From Gemmatimonadota bacterium (lineage in GTDB: Bacteria > Gemmatimonadota > Gemmatimonadetes > Palauibacterales > Palauibacteraceae), in assembly GCA_029863105.1 (NCBI GenBank), contig JAOTWC010000001.1:1-25656 (forward strand): 25,656 bases of DNA, read 5' to 3'. The stretch's first letter is position 1. Every line of letters begins with the position of its first letter. The position numbers were made by a program, and so were the translations under genes. Positions 7,590 through 16,912 of the stretch are shown here, in pieces. The notes below the pieces were generated by a model that worked only from the letters and a program-made list of their open reading frames with translations, did not search any database and was not told the origin of the DNA.

Positions 7590-8801
7590 TCAGAAAGCGT
7601 CCGGCGCGACCAGGTCGAGGTAGTTCGCGACGAAGAGATCGTGGAACTCCTGGGAACTCAGGATGTGCCCCTGCTTCTGGGCGAGATCTGCCACACGAAA
7701 TCCGAACTGTGCTGCGCGCATCCGCTGGGCGGGCGTGCCGTGGTGGCCGGGATCCGAGAACCCGCAGTCACCGAGTTCGAAGAACACTTCGAGGAACTGC
7801 TCGACGCGCCGCTGTCGCAGCGTGCCGCCCCGGGCATGCGTCAGGTAGTACGCGGACATCGCGTCGGCCATCAGTTCCGTGTAGCGGGTCGCTTCCGCGG
7901 CGTTCGGACCTCCGGGATCCGTCGTGGGGATCGGATCGCTGAAATAGTCATTCTCGAACTGTATGTGATGCGCGAACTCGTGTGAATATATCGCCTGCGG
8001 CGCGACGTCTCCGAACCCGAGCGCCTCGTAGGCCTCGAGTATGGCGTCGCCCATCACGATCCGGTCGGAGATTCCGGAACCCGGATTGCTGAACGCGAAG
8101 GCGTTGAAGCTGAACAGCACGTGGTTCCCGCCGTCGAGTATCTCCGACTCGGAGAGCGCGTCGAGGATGAGGGACGCGAAGAAATCGGCAGTGGCCTCTG
8201 ATTCGCCGAAAGCCACCTGGTAGGTCAGCGATACGCGCTCGGGATCCTGCAGCATCGTTCCCTTCATGGCGAGCAGGAGGATGTCATCGGAGTTGATGTC
8301 CCAGAAGCGCCTCACGTCCCTGTCTGTCTTCCGCATGACTTGGGTGAACTGGCCGTCGTATCCGAATTCCTGCGGCAACGACCCGTCCTGGAGCAGCAGG
8401 GCTTCGAACTGCGGGATCAGATCGGCCAGCAGGCCGAAGAACAGCAGATTGAACAGGTCGGGTTCTCCGAACACGAACTCGAAGAACTCGTCCAGGAAAA
8501 AATCGATCACGGCGGTCGAGGGTGGGCACTGGAACTCGCCGGGGTTGATCGCCCGGTCCACGGCGTTTGCGAAGTGGGACTCGGTCAGCCCGGTTTCGAG
8601 GAGACGCGTGCGCGCGCCGTCGCGGTCGAGGCCGGTAGGAAGCGAGACATCGAGATCCGAGACCACGGCCGACATCTGGCCGGGAGTGACCAAGTCGCCG
8701 ACCGTCACGGTCGGGGGGCCGGGTTCCGTGACTTGATCCTGACAGCCGACAGCGCCGAATGCGAGCAGCAGACCGGAACCGAACAGGGCTGTCCTTCTCA
8801 T
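7590..8801 (-). CDS. Lipoprotein with neutral zinc metallopeptidase-like domain
   Basis: Signal MRRTALFGSGLLLAFGAVG-C; HEFAHHIQ (HEXXH), downstream ELMAD, and HGTPAQR as in YpfJ-like zinc peptidases; GGAGG SD before ATG 8801. Confidence 0.75.
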   Translation of the reverse strand: MRRTALFGSGLLLAFGAVGCQDQVTEPGPPTVTVGDLVTPGQMSAVVSDLDVSLPTGLDRDGARTRLLETGLTESHFANAVDRAINPGEFQCPPSTAVIDFFLDEFFEFVFGEPDLFNLLFFGLLADLIPQFEALLLQDGSLPQEFGYDGQFTQVMRKTDRDVRRFWDINSDDILLLAMKGTMLQDPERVSLTYQVAFGESEATADFFASLILDALSESEILDGGNHVLFSFNAFAFSNPGSGISDRIVMGDAILEAYEALGFGDVAPQAIYSHEFAHHIQFENDYFSDPIPTTDPGGPNAAEATRYTELMADAMSAYYLTHARGGTLRQRRVEQFLEVFFELGDCGFSDPGHHGTPAQRMRAAQFGFRVADLAQKQGHILSSQEFHDLFVANYLDLVAPDAF

Positions 8802-8976
8802 GATCGTTCCCCTCCAGGTAGCATGAATCGCGGCGACATGCACTCAGGTAGTGAGGAGAAATAATCGCTGGGATTGCTCATGGGCAAGTCGGCTCCCTGA
8901 GACGCTTCGAGGTTCAAGTGTCGCTGCCGGGAGTGACCAGGTATACGTTTTCTTTTCACTTTTGCCGGAGATGACC

Positions 8977-9801
8977 ATGGTTCGCCGGGTTGCGATGTTT
9001 CTGCTGCTGGCCCTCGTCGGCTGCCGGCCGGCCACGTCCGAGTTGGCCGACATATCAGATGTCTCGTCGGTGTTCGATGAAACCGCGGGCCGCTGGGTCG
9101 ACCTGACGCATTCGTTTTCAGCGTCGAGCATCTACTGGCCGACGGACACGCTCGGGTTCGTCCTTCAGGAGCTGGCCTACGGTCCGACGGACGGGGGTTG
9201 GTTCTATTCGTCCTACCGGTACTCGGCGGCCGAGCACGGGGGCACACACCTCGACGCGCCGATCCACTTCGCCGAGGGGCGGCGGACGACCGACGAGATT
9301 CCGTTGTCGGCACTGATCGGACCTGCTGTTGTCGTTGACGTGTCGGACCGGGCGCACCCGGACTATCTCGTTTCCGTCGCGGATCTCGAGGCGTGGGAGG
9401 CCGCACACGGCCCGATGCCGAGCGGAGGGATCCTGCTGCTGAGGACGGGATGGGGCGCACGATATGGCGACAGAGCCTCTTACCTCGGAACCGACCTCAC
9501 CGGGCCGGACGCGGTTCCCGAGTTGCATTTCCCGGGCCTCGACCCGGAGGCCGCGCAATGGCTGGTCGACAACCGGGACATCGTCGCGCTCGGTCTCGAC
9601 ACGCCGAGCCTGGACTACGGGCAGTCGGCCGATTTCCGAGCACACGTCATACTGAACTCGGACAACGTCGCGGGAATCGAAAACGTAGCCAACCTGGACC
9701 AACTTCCGGCGAGCGGCAGTTTCGTCGTGGCCCTGCCCATGAAGATCGAGGGCGGGAGCGGCGGACCGCTGAGGATCGTCGCGTTCGTGCCCGGAATCTA
9801 A
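8977..9801 (+). CDS. Cyclase family (KynB-like) metal hydrolase, lipoprotein
   Basis: VDLTH, EHGGTHLDAPIHF (HxGTHxDxPxH), LLRTGW, DTPSLD, IENVANL and GSGGPLR; lipobox LVGC; GGAG 6 nt before ATG 8977. Confidence 0.88.
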   Translation: MVRRVAMFLLLALVGCRPATSELADISDVSSVFDETAGRWVDLTHSFSASSIYWPTDTLGFVLQELAYGPTDGGWFYSSYRYSAAEHGGTHLDAPIHFAEGRRTTDEIPLSALIGPAVVVDVSDRAHPDYLVSVADLEAWEAAHGPMPSGGILLLRTGWGARYGDRASYLGTDLTGPDAVPELHFPGLDPEAAQWLVDNRDIVALGLDTPSLDYGQSADFRAHVILNSDNVAGIENVANLDQLPASGSFVVALPMKIEGGSGGPLRIVAFVPGI

Positions 9802-9817
9802 GGCGAGCTGGCCTGTC

Positions 9818-12361
9818 TCAACCGCACTCGCTGTACCCGCAGGCGTGGCATTTCACGCAACCCTCGGCGAACTCGAGTCCGGAACCGCAATCCGGACAGG
9901 TACCGATAAACGTAAGCGCCGCCTGCTCTTCGAACCGGTGGATGACCGGTTTGTGGGCGGTCTGGGTGCCACCGTTGGTGACCTTCGCGGCACCGGGGTC
10001 CGGGATCGGGAGCGACTGCTGGATCCCTTCCTTTTCCTCGAGATGCCTCTCGATGACCTGGGCGATCGCATCCGGGCTGGACAGAACCTTGTTGGGGCCC
10101 ATGCCCACGGCGCGGTCCGAACTGATCCCGCGCAGCTGCTTGTGAATCGCGCGGAGTGAGATTCCGCTCCTGAGAGCCAGGCTGATCAGTCGGCCGATCG
10201 CCTCGGCATCGGCCATGGCCGGTCCGCCCGCCTTGCCCAGTGCGACGAACGCCTCGAATGGGCGGCCTTCCTGGTCTTCGTTGATCGTCACGTACATGTC
10301 GCCGAGGGGTGAGTCGATCTTGCGGGTGACACCCCGGAGCTCAGCTGGCCGCGATCGGACCAGCGGGGCCTTCATCCGACCGCCCTCCAACGCCGCGATT
10401 GTCTTGCCGCTCTCCTCGAGCTCCGACTCCAGGTCAGCGATGCGGCCAAGCGCCGCGGTGAGGGCTTCCGTCAGCTCCGGGTCCCCTATCTGGTCGAATC
10501 CCGTGGTGCCGCGACCCGCATCTGCTACGACCTTCCGGGCCGTCTTGCCGGTAGAGAGTACCTGCGCGTCACGTGAACCATCCCGGTACACCGTCACTCC
10601 CTTGCACTTCAGCTGGTAGGCGAGCTCGTAGATCCTCCGAACATCTTCTTCCGTCGCGTCGTTCGGAAAGTTGCACGTCTTCGAGATCGCGGAGTCGGTG
10701 TACTGCTGGAAGGCCGCCTGCATCCGGATGTGCTGCTCCGGAGTCACGTCGTGGGCTGTCGTAAACGTCTGCTGCACGTCCTCGGGAACTTCGTCGAAAT
10801 GGATATGGCCCTCGGTGGCGATACGCTCCATCAGCTCGTCGGAGTACCAGCCTTGCTCTCTGGCAAGTTCGACGAACATCGGGTTCACATCGGGCATCAG
10901 GACGCCCGCCTGATTGCGCATGAACGCAACCGCAAACAATGGCTCGATGCCACTGGAGCAACCGGCGATGATGGAAATCGTACCGGTCGGCGCCACGGTC
11001 GTCATGTTGCAGTTGCGGAGGCGCCGCATCGGTCGGATTCGGCTGCCGCCTTTGTCGCGTGCGCAGCTGTCGTCCGGACCCCAAATGGACTTCTCCCACT
11101 CCGGGAACACGCCTCGTTCCCGAGCCAGGCGCTCGGATTCGACCTTGGATTCCTCGTCGACGAACCGCATCAACTCGCGTCCCAGCTCGATCGACCGCGG
11201 CGACCCGTAGGGCTCCCCGAGCTGTACGAGCATATCCGCCCAACCCATCACTCCAAGACCGATGCGCCGGATCCTCTTGGACAGTTCCTCTATCGGAGGT
11301 AGTGGGTACTTGTTCGCATCGATCACATTATCGAGGAAGTGCGTCGCCTTGTGGACGGCCGTGCGGAGCGAGTCCCAGTCGATCTTTCCGTCTTCGACGA
11401 AGGCGCCGACGTTCACCGAACCCAGATTGCACACATCGTACGGGAGCAGCGGTTGTTCACCGCACGGGTTGGTCGCCTCGTAGGAGCCCATGTGCGGTAC
11501 GGGATTGTACCGGTTCGCTTCGTCGATGAAATAGACGCCGGGCTCCCCGTTCCGCCACGCCCCGTGGATGACCTTGCCGAATACTTCGCGCGCATCCAAT
11601 TGACCGACGACTTCTCCACCACGTGGATTATGGAGATCGTACGGTTCATTGCGCTCGATCGCGGCCATGAAATCGTCCGTGATGGCTACGGAGATGTTGA
11701 AGTTCGTGATCTTGTTCTTGTCGGACTTGCAGTCGATGAAGTGCAGGATGTCCGGGTGGTCGACACGGAGGATGCCCATGTTCGCTCCGCGTCGGGTGCC
11801 ACCCTGCTTGACGGCCTCCGTGGAAGCATCGTAAACCTCCATGAAGCTGACCGGTCCGCTCGCGACGCCCATGGTCGACTTTACGACGTCTCCCTGGGGC
11901 CTCAGCCGGGAGAAGCCAAATCCGGTTCCCCCGCCCGACTGGTGAATCAGGGCCATGTCGCGCAGTGTTTCGTAGATACCTTCCAGACTGTCCGGCACGG
12001 GAAGGACGAAGCACGCACTCAGCTGACCGAGAGGACGCCCGGCGTTCATCAGCGTCGGACTGTTGGGCTCGAACTGACCCAGCGCCATCATTTCGTAGAA
12101 CTCGCGCGCGGTGGACTCGATCTGAGCTTCGGTTGCGCCGTACCCGGCGTCCATCCCGGCTATCACACGTGCCACGCGCCAGAACATGTCGGTCGGCGAT
12201 TCGCTCAACTCGAGGTCGTCGTTCTTCTTCAGGTACCGCTTACCGAGAACCGTTACGGCATTATCCGTCAGGCGCGGCTGTGGGAGGTCCGCGGGGGTGG
12301 TTCCGGGATCGACGGAGGTGGGGGCCGCCTCCGACTTCATCGCCGTGTCTGGTGACTGCAT
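9818..12361 (-). CDS. nrdJ: Class II (adenosylcobalamin-dependent) ribonucleoside-diphosphate reductase with fused TSCPD-type domain and Zn ribbon
   Basis: PNSPTLMNAG, LSACFV, GGGTGF, QGGTRRGANM, ATNPCGEQ (thiyl Cys), TTVAPTGTIS, SAISKTCNF and KGVTVYRDGSR; C-terminal CPDC..CVKCHACGYSEC; AGGAG SD. Confidence 0.97.
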   Translation of the reverse strand: MQSPDTAMKSEAAPTSVDPGTTPADLPQPRLTDNAVTVLGKRYLKKNDDLELSESPTDMFWRVARVIAGMDAGYGATEAQIESTAREFYEMMALGQFEPNSPTLMNAGRPLGQLSACFVLPVPDSLEGIYETLRDMALIHQSGGGTGFGFSRLRPQGDVVKSTMGVASGPVSFMEVYDASTEAVKQGGTRRGANMGILRVDHPDILHFIDCKSDKNKITNFNISVAITDDFMAAIERNEPYDLHNPRGGEVVGQLDAREVFGKVIHGAWRNGEPGVYFIDEANRYNPVPHMGSYEATNPCGEQPLLPYDVCNLGSVNVGAFVEDGKIDWDSLRTAVHKATHFLDNVIDANKYPLPPIEELSKRIRRIGLGVMGWADMLVQLGEPYGSPRSIELGRELMRFVDEESKVESERLARERGVFPEWEKSIWGPDDSCARDKGGSRIRPMRRLRNCNMTTVAPTGTISIIAGCSSGIEPLFAVAFMRNQAGVLMPDVNPMFVELAREQGWYSDELMERIATEGHIHFDEVPEDVQQTFTTAHDVTPEQHIRMQAAFQQYTDSAISKTCNFPNDATEEDVRRIYELAYQLKCKGVTVYRDGSRDAQVLSTGKTARKVVADAGRGTTGFDQIGDPELTEALTAALGRIADLESELEESGKTIAALEGGRMKAPLVRSRPAELRGVTRKIDSPLGDMYVTINEDQEGRPFEAFVALGKAGGPAMADAEAIGRLISLALRSGISLRAIHKQLRGISSDRAVGMGPNKVLSSPDAIAQVIERHLEEKEGIQQSLPIPDPGAAKVTNGGTQTAHKPVIHRFEEQAALTFIGTCPDCGSGLEFAEGCVKCHACGYSECG

Positions 12362-12605
12362 GAGGTCCGCACTCCTGAGCTTCTTAGCCTATTCTTCCTG
12401 CCTCTTATGCCTACCCCCGAAGGGGACGAAAATCTAAGGTTGTCCCTTGCACCGCGCCGGATTTCGAAGTGACGGCTCCCCCTCGGGTGCATAACACCCG
12501 CTGAAAACATCCTCGAGATTGCGTGCAATGTTTGTCGAACCGGCGGGACAGGGCCGGATGGTCCGGAGCGGCACCAGCGCCGCCACACACCCCAATATCT
12601 TGGGG
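12362..12605 (-). other. Long (~245 nt) structured 5' leader of nrdJ
   Basis: Stems at 12505-12533, 12484-12500 and 12423-12446, and a C(UUCG)G hairpin at 12414-12425. Confidence 0.4.
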
Positions 12606-12637
12606 CCCGACTAGAATAAAAACCCTATATGTAGTGG
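12590..12637. promoter_or_regulatory. Tandem NrdR boxes (12590-12605 and 12622-12637)
   Basis: Plus-strand CCCCAATATCTTGGGG and ACCCTATATGTAGTGG match the NrdR consensus acaCwAtATaTwGtg, are 32 bp apart, and lie upstream of an RNR gene. Confidence 0.88.
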
Positions 12638-12641
12638 TCAA
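12613..12641 (-). promoter_or_regulatory. Sigma70-type promoter of nrdJ
   Basis: TTGACC (12641-12636), N17, TATTCT (12618-12613), overlapped by the first NrdR box. Confidence 0.8.
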
Positions 12642-12711
12642 GGCCTGAATTGTAACAGGCGCCGAATTCGGATCCTGCTGACCCGCAATCGGCGTCTTCG
12701 GTGCGTGCGAA

Positions 12712-13245
12712 TCAGTCTCCTGCGGCCTGCCAGCGGCCTGCGCGATGCGCTTCCTTCAGTACCAGATAGTGAGCCACCGTGCGCCGTGCGCGGGAAACCA
12801 AGTCGTCATCCACCTGCCGAACGACGCGTCCCGGGACGCCCACGACGAGACTGCGGGGCGGCACGACCATACCTTCCCGGATCAAGGCTCCAGCGCCAAT
12901 CACCGATCCCCCACCGACGACGGCGTGCGACAGGACGATCGCCCCCATCCCGATCAGGCATCCGTCACCGATCGTGCATCCGTGGACAATCGCGCGATGC
13001 CCGATTCCCACATCCGACCCGATTTCACAGGGCTGATCCGTGTCCACGTGTACCACGGTGAGATCCTGGATGTTCGTGCGCTCGCCGACCCGGATCGCAG
13101 CGATATCCCCACGCAGGACACAACCGTACCACACGCTGGCCCCGGCGCCGAGGACGACGTCTCCAGACACGACGGCACCCGGCGCGATCCAGGCACCATC
13201 GCCGAGCGTCGGGCGGGCGCTGGTCGTCAGTTGGTCGATCCTCAC
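12712..13245 (-). CDS. Gamma carbonic anhydrase-like (YrdA/CaiE-type hexapeptide-repeat) protein
   Basis: GDVVLG..ASVWYGCVLRGD, TNIQDLTVVH and GHRAIVHGC (three His ligands); GTG 13245 overlaps the amidase TGA (GTGA). Confidence 0.9.
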   Translation of the reverse strand: MRIDQLTTSARPTLGDGAWIAPGAVVSGDVVLGAGASVWYGCVLRGDIAAIRVGERTNIQDLTVVHVDTDQPCEIGSDVGIGHRAIVHGCTIGDGCLIGMGAIVLSHAVVGGGSVIGAGALIREGMVVPPRSLVVGVPGRVVRQVDDDLVSRARRTVAHYLVLKEAHRAGRWQAAGD

Positions 13246-15173
13246 GGCTGGAGCTGCGCTTCTTCGGCCGTCTGCCGGAAGAATCCCTCGATCCCGGCCA
13301 GCACCCCGCGCGCATATCTCTCCTGGAATTCCGGCGTCTTGAGCGCTGCCTCGTGGGCAGGGATCATCATGAAAGCCCCTTCCGTCAGAATCGATGGCAT
13401 CCACGACATGCGGGTAACCGCCAGATCGCCCCAATAGACACCGAGGTCGCGCAATCTCATCGAAGCGAGCATTCCGTCCTGCACGGCCTCGGCCAGGCCA
13501 TGGGAATGCGGGTGGTAGTGGTACGTGCTCGTCCCTTCCCGCCCGACAGGCTGCACCCCGTCAGGCAGGGCATTGTTGTGGATGGACACGAAGACATCCG
13601 CCTCCGCTTCGATGGCCCTCTGCGTCCGCTCGTACAGACCGACAGGGAGCGTGTCATCCCGGATCAGAACGGGCTCGCCGCCGGATTGGCGCACCAGCTT
13701 GGCCAGGATCCGACCGATCTCCAGGTTGGCGTCACCTTCGTAATACCCGGTCGGACCATGTGCGCCGGCTGCGGGATGCCCGGGATCGATCGCGATGCGC
13801 CGGCCTCGCAGGGGAACCATCGGATCGATGGATGGCGGACGGCGGATCTCGAACCGGAGCTCGACTCCGCCGTCGTCACGCGGGGCCCAGCTCGTGCGGT
13901 ATCCCCATACCCGTTCCACAAGATGGATGCGCAAGCGGTAACGGTCACCGGGCAGCTGCTCCCACTCGATACGCTCGATCAACCGCCCGCCCGCACCTTC
14001 GCGAATCCGATTCGTCGCACCGGTCGCGCCGAACAGCGTGAGCTCGATGATGTGTGAGTCGGGTTCGGTCACCGCTACGGGAACGGCGGCAGCGAGCCAC
14101 GTCCGCATGACGATCCGGTCCGGACGTACTTCGAAGCGCAGGTCTCCGACGTCGCTGCGCGCGGGCAGGCTTCCGGCCGGCAGCACTTCCAGATCTTCCT
14201 CCGCGACCCAGGCGACCAGCCCGGGAGCCAGGCGTACCCGCCAGCGGTTCCCCTCGCGACCATCGAGCGTGACCCGCGTGTGATCCGGGAACAGCCAGCG
14301 GTACGGACCGAACGGTGCCGGCCTGGCGTTGATCACGCCGTCCGCTCCCCCTGCCGGATCGTCCGGTTCGCGCAATTCGGCGACGGGCAATTCAGCCGGA
14401 CTCAGAATACGCAGCGGCAAAACCACGGCGCCGCGAGCCGTGGCGTTTCCGACGACGACGCTCACGCCAAGACGCAGCGAGTCCGCCGTGGCTGCCCAGT
14501 TACAGTCCTCCGGCGCACACGCGATCCGATAGAACGACTCCGCGGGCATGGCGAGTCGGTAGGTGCCTGTTTGTTCGGTCTCGGTCATCGACAGACGCCG
14601 GTTTCCCGCATCCAACCAGACCTCGGCACCGGGCGTGGCCCGCACGGTGACCGCGAGTTCGTCGCCCGGCAGCGCCCAGCGGATCGCATGATCCTCAAGC
14701 GACGCAGGATCGATCCACGGGGCGTCGGCTGCACCCTCGAACGCTCGCTCCGGCACGAGAAAAGGATGACGCAGAGTATCGACCTGGCTCCCTCGTCGGG
14801 CGACCAGCAGATAGGAAGCCGTGTCACCCGTCTCCGGCGGGGGAACCGGCAGATAGGCCAGGAAGGACCCGTTGGGGTTCACGTCGACGAAGTAACCGTT
14901 CACGATCAACGTCGCGTCGCCCGTGCCGATGGAGCCGAATACGAAGTTGGAGTCACTGGAGGTGATTCGCTGCAGAGAATCTGGATACTCCACGTGGAGA
15001 CGGATGGGCCCGATCACCGCCGGGATCGGTGGCAGCACACTTCCGATGATTCCCGGCGGCAGCAATCCTGGCGCTGCGGAAGTCCCGCCACACCCGGCGA
15101 AGCCGGTGATGGTCGCGATGGTCGCGATGGCTGCGATGGCCGACGTGGGTCGGCGCTTCCTCAGAGTTACCAC
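13242..15173 (-). CDS. N-acetylmuramoyl-L-alanine amidase (Amidase_3), lipoprotein with SH3-like and AMIN-like upstream domains
   Basis: IAIDPGH, EGDANL, VSIHNNA and ILTEGAFM; lipobox FAGC; GTG 2 nt after the SSS stop. The ORF-track N-terminal 150 aa is overlap with the SSS gene. Confidence 0.88.
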   Translation of the reverse strand: MVTLRKRRPTSAIAAIATIATITGFAGCGGTSAAPGLLPPGIIGSVLPPIPAVIGPIRLHVEYPDSLQRITSSDSNFVFGSIGTGDATLIVNGYFVDVNPNGSFLAYLPVPPPETGDTASYLLVARRGSQVDTLRHPFLVPERAFEGAADAPWIDPASLEDHAIRWALPGDELAVTVRATPGAEVWLDAGNRRLSMTETEQTGTYRLAMPAESFYRIACAPEDCNWAATADSLRLGVSVVVGNATARGAVVLPLRILSPAELPVAELREPDDPAGGADGVINARPAPFGPYRWLFPDHTRVTLDGREGNRWRVRLAPGLVAWVAEEDLEVLPAGSLPARSDVGDLRFEVRPDRIVMRTWLAAAVPVAVTEPDSHIIELTLFGATGATNRIREGAGGRLIERIEWEQLPGDRYRLRIHLVERVWGYRTSWAPRDDGGVELRFEIRRPPSIDPMVPLRGRRIAIDPGHPAAGAHGPTGYYEGDANLEIGRILAKLVRQSGGEPVLIRDDTLPVGLYERTQRAIEAEADVFVSIHNNALPDGVQPVGREGTSTYHYHPHSHGLAEAVQDGMLASMRLRDLGVYWGDLAVTRMSWMPSILTEGAFMMIPAHEAALKTPEFQERYARGVLAGIEGFFRQTAEEAQLQP

Positions 15174-15175
15174 CT

Positions 15176-16912
15176 CTATTCCGCCACCTCTCCCGTTGAG
15201 CGCCAGCGTCGCAGGGCGATGAGTCCCACACTGCCGACGACAGCCGCGAGCATCGCCGTCCTCCATTCGTACAGCATCGCGCCGCCGACCGCGAACATCA
15301 GCCCGAACAGCAGCATGGCGGCGCCGAGCGTGCGAAACAAATCCTGTCGGAGTGCCGTGACCGGCTCGAGACCCGTGCGCTGCCGAGAACGCTTCCATCC
15401 GGGGCCGCCAGGCCGAACCCGACGATAGAACGTGTCGAGTGTTTCGTCGGACTCCGGCTTGGTGAGAAACATTACGGCCATCCATATGATGCCCGAGCCG
15501 AAGGCTGTCACGGTCAGACGCGCCCCGAAATCGAGTCCCCCGAACATCGGCAGGTAGGAACCGATGGCGATCCCAAAGCCTGCCAGCATGGCGGCTAGTT
15601 CCGCCCATGCGTTCACACGCCACCAGAACCAGCGGAGAATGAGAACGGCACCCGGACCGGTTCCGATGGCAATCACGAACCGGAACACGGTACCGATGTC
15701 ATTGGTGAAGAACGCGGCGACGCCACCGCACAGGACCATCAGCACCGAGGCCAGGCGACCCATGAGCACCAGCCGCTTCTGCGGCGCGTCCGGCTCGACG
15801 AACCGGGCCCACAGATCGTTTACGACGTAGCTCGCACCCCAGTTGATCTGCGTGGAAACCGTGGACATGAAAGCCGCGACAAAGGACGCGACCACGAGCC
15901 CGAGTACTCCGGCCGGCAGGTAGCGAAGCATGAGGAGTGGATACCCCATTTCCGGGTCCTCGAGATTCGGGAACACGACGATCGCCGCGAGAGCCGCAAG
16001 AATCCACGGCCACGCGCGCAGCACGTAGTGCAGGAGATTGAACAGCCACGCCGCTTTCTCCGCATCCTTCTCAGTCTTCGCCGCGGACATCCGCTGGACG
16101 AATTCTCCGCCTCCGTCAGAGCGGCGCCAGGCCCACCACTGGATGCCCAGGTATGCCAGAAAAGTGCCCATCGGCAACTCCAGGGACCCGGGCGTGGGCA
16201 GCATCCCGAGCGCGTCGGACCGGCCGGCCGCTTCGAGTCCCTGTTTCAGCTCGCCGATTCCTCCGATGTCGACGATCGCATAACCGGCGACCAGCAGGGC
16301 GCCGAGCATCGCCAGCCCGAATTGCAGGAAGTCTGTGGCCACGACGCCCCACAGACCGGACACGCCGGCGTATACGAGGACAAACACGGACAGGCCGACG
16401 ACGATCCATAGACGTCCGTCCCCGGGAAGCCACGCAGGAAGCGCATCGATCACACCCAGTGCTTCGATGACCTTGCGCATCGCGAGCATGACGTAACCGA
16501 TCGCGATGCAGTTGATCGGCACCGCGAACAGGAAAGCGCGTGTGCCGCGCAGCACCGCCGCAGGTCGACCACCGTACCGGATTTCCGTCAACTCGGCATC
16601 TGTGACGACTTCGGCGCGGCGCCACAGGCGCGCGAACAGGTAGATGAGCAGGACGTGGGAAAGGGCGAACGCCCACCACTCCCAGTTGCCGGCGATCCCT
16701 CGCCGCGCCACGAGACCCGTCACGTATAGCGGCGTGTCCACGCTGAAGGTAGTGGCTGCCATCGAAGTGCCGGCGAGCCACCACGGCAGCGAGCGGCCGC
16801 TGACAAAAAATTCCACCAGGCTGCCGCTCGCACGCCTCGCGAGCCACAGGCCGATCGCCAACGTCCCGACCAGGTACGCACCGACGATCCACCAGTCCAG
16901 CGCTCCCATCAT
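15176..16912 (-). CDS. Sodium:solute symporter (SSS) family transporter
   Basis: EFFVSGRSLPWWLAGTSMAATTFSVDTPL, GLWGVVATDFLQ and AAFMSTVSTQINWGASY; many TM helices; ATGA overlap with the nagZ stop. Confidence 0.93.
   Translation of the reverse strand: MMGALDWWIVGAYLVGTLAIGLWLARRASGSLVEFFVSGRSLPWWLAGTSMAATTFSVDTPLYVTGLVARRGIAGNWEWWAFALSHVLLIYLFARLWRRAEVVTDAELTEIRYGGRPAAVLRGTRAFLFAVPINCIAIGYVMLAMRKVIEALGVIDALPAWLPGDGRLWIVVGLSVFVLVYAGVSGLWGVVATDFLQFGLAMLGALLVAGYAIVDIGGIGELKQGLEAAGRSDALGMLPTPGSLELPMGTFLAYLGIQWWAWRRSDGGGEFVQRMSAAKTEKDAEKAAWLFNLLHYVLRAWPWILAALAAIVVFPNLEDPEMGYPLLMLRYLPAGVLGLVVASFVAAFMSTVSTQINWGASYVVNDLWARFVEPDAPQKRLVLMGRLASVLMVLCGGVAAFFTNDIGTVFRFVIAIGTGPGAVLILRWFWWRVNAWAELAAMLAGFGIAIGSYLPMFGGLDFGARLTVTAFGSGIIWMAVMFLTKPESDETLDTFYRRVRPGGPGWKRSRQRTGLEPVTALRQDLFRTLGAAMLLFGLMFAVGGAMLYEWRTAMLAAVVGSVGLIALRRWRSTGEVAE

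Noticed and set aside
9818-12361. Possible intein or intron in nrdJ
   Set aside because: The length (847 aa) and continuous motif spacing leave no room for an insertion; no intein splicing motifs seen.
12643-12660. Inverted repeat gcctg-aattgtaa-caggc just upstream of the nrdJ -35
   Set aside because: The 5-bp arms could be a weak terminator or operator, but there is no recognisable consensus and too little support.
12664-12676. GGATCCGAATTCG (adjacent BamHI-EcoRI sites, like a vector polylinker) on the minus strand
   Set aside because: Only 13 nt match and the flanks are not vector-like; most likely chance.
15108-15140. 9-nt imperfect tandem repeat (gatggtcgc) in the amidase signal peptide
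   Set aside because: It encodes the AIA/TIA hydrophobic core, and a 9-nt unit preserves the frame; no evidence of phase variation.
12-15173. Many metal-dependent proteins near a ZIP transporter (possible zinc regulon)
   Set aside because: Genes are in mixed orientations and I found no repeated Zur-like palindrome; such enzymes are common.
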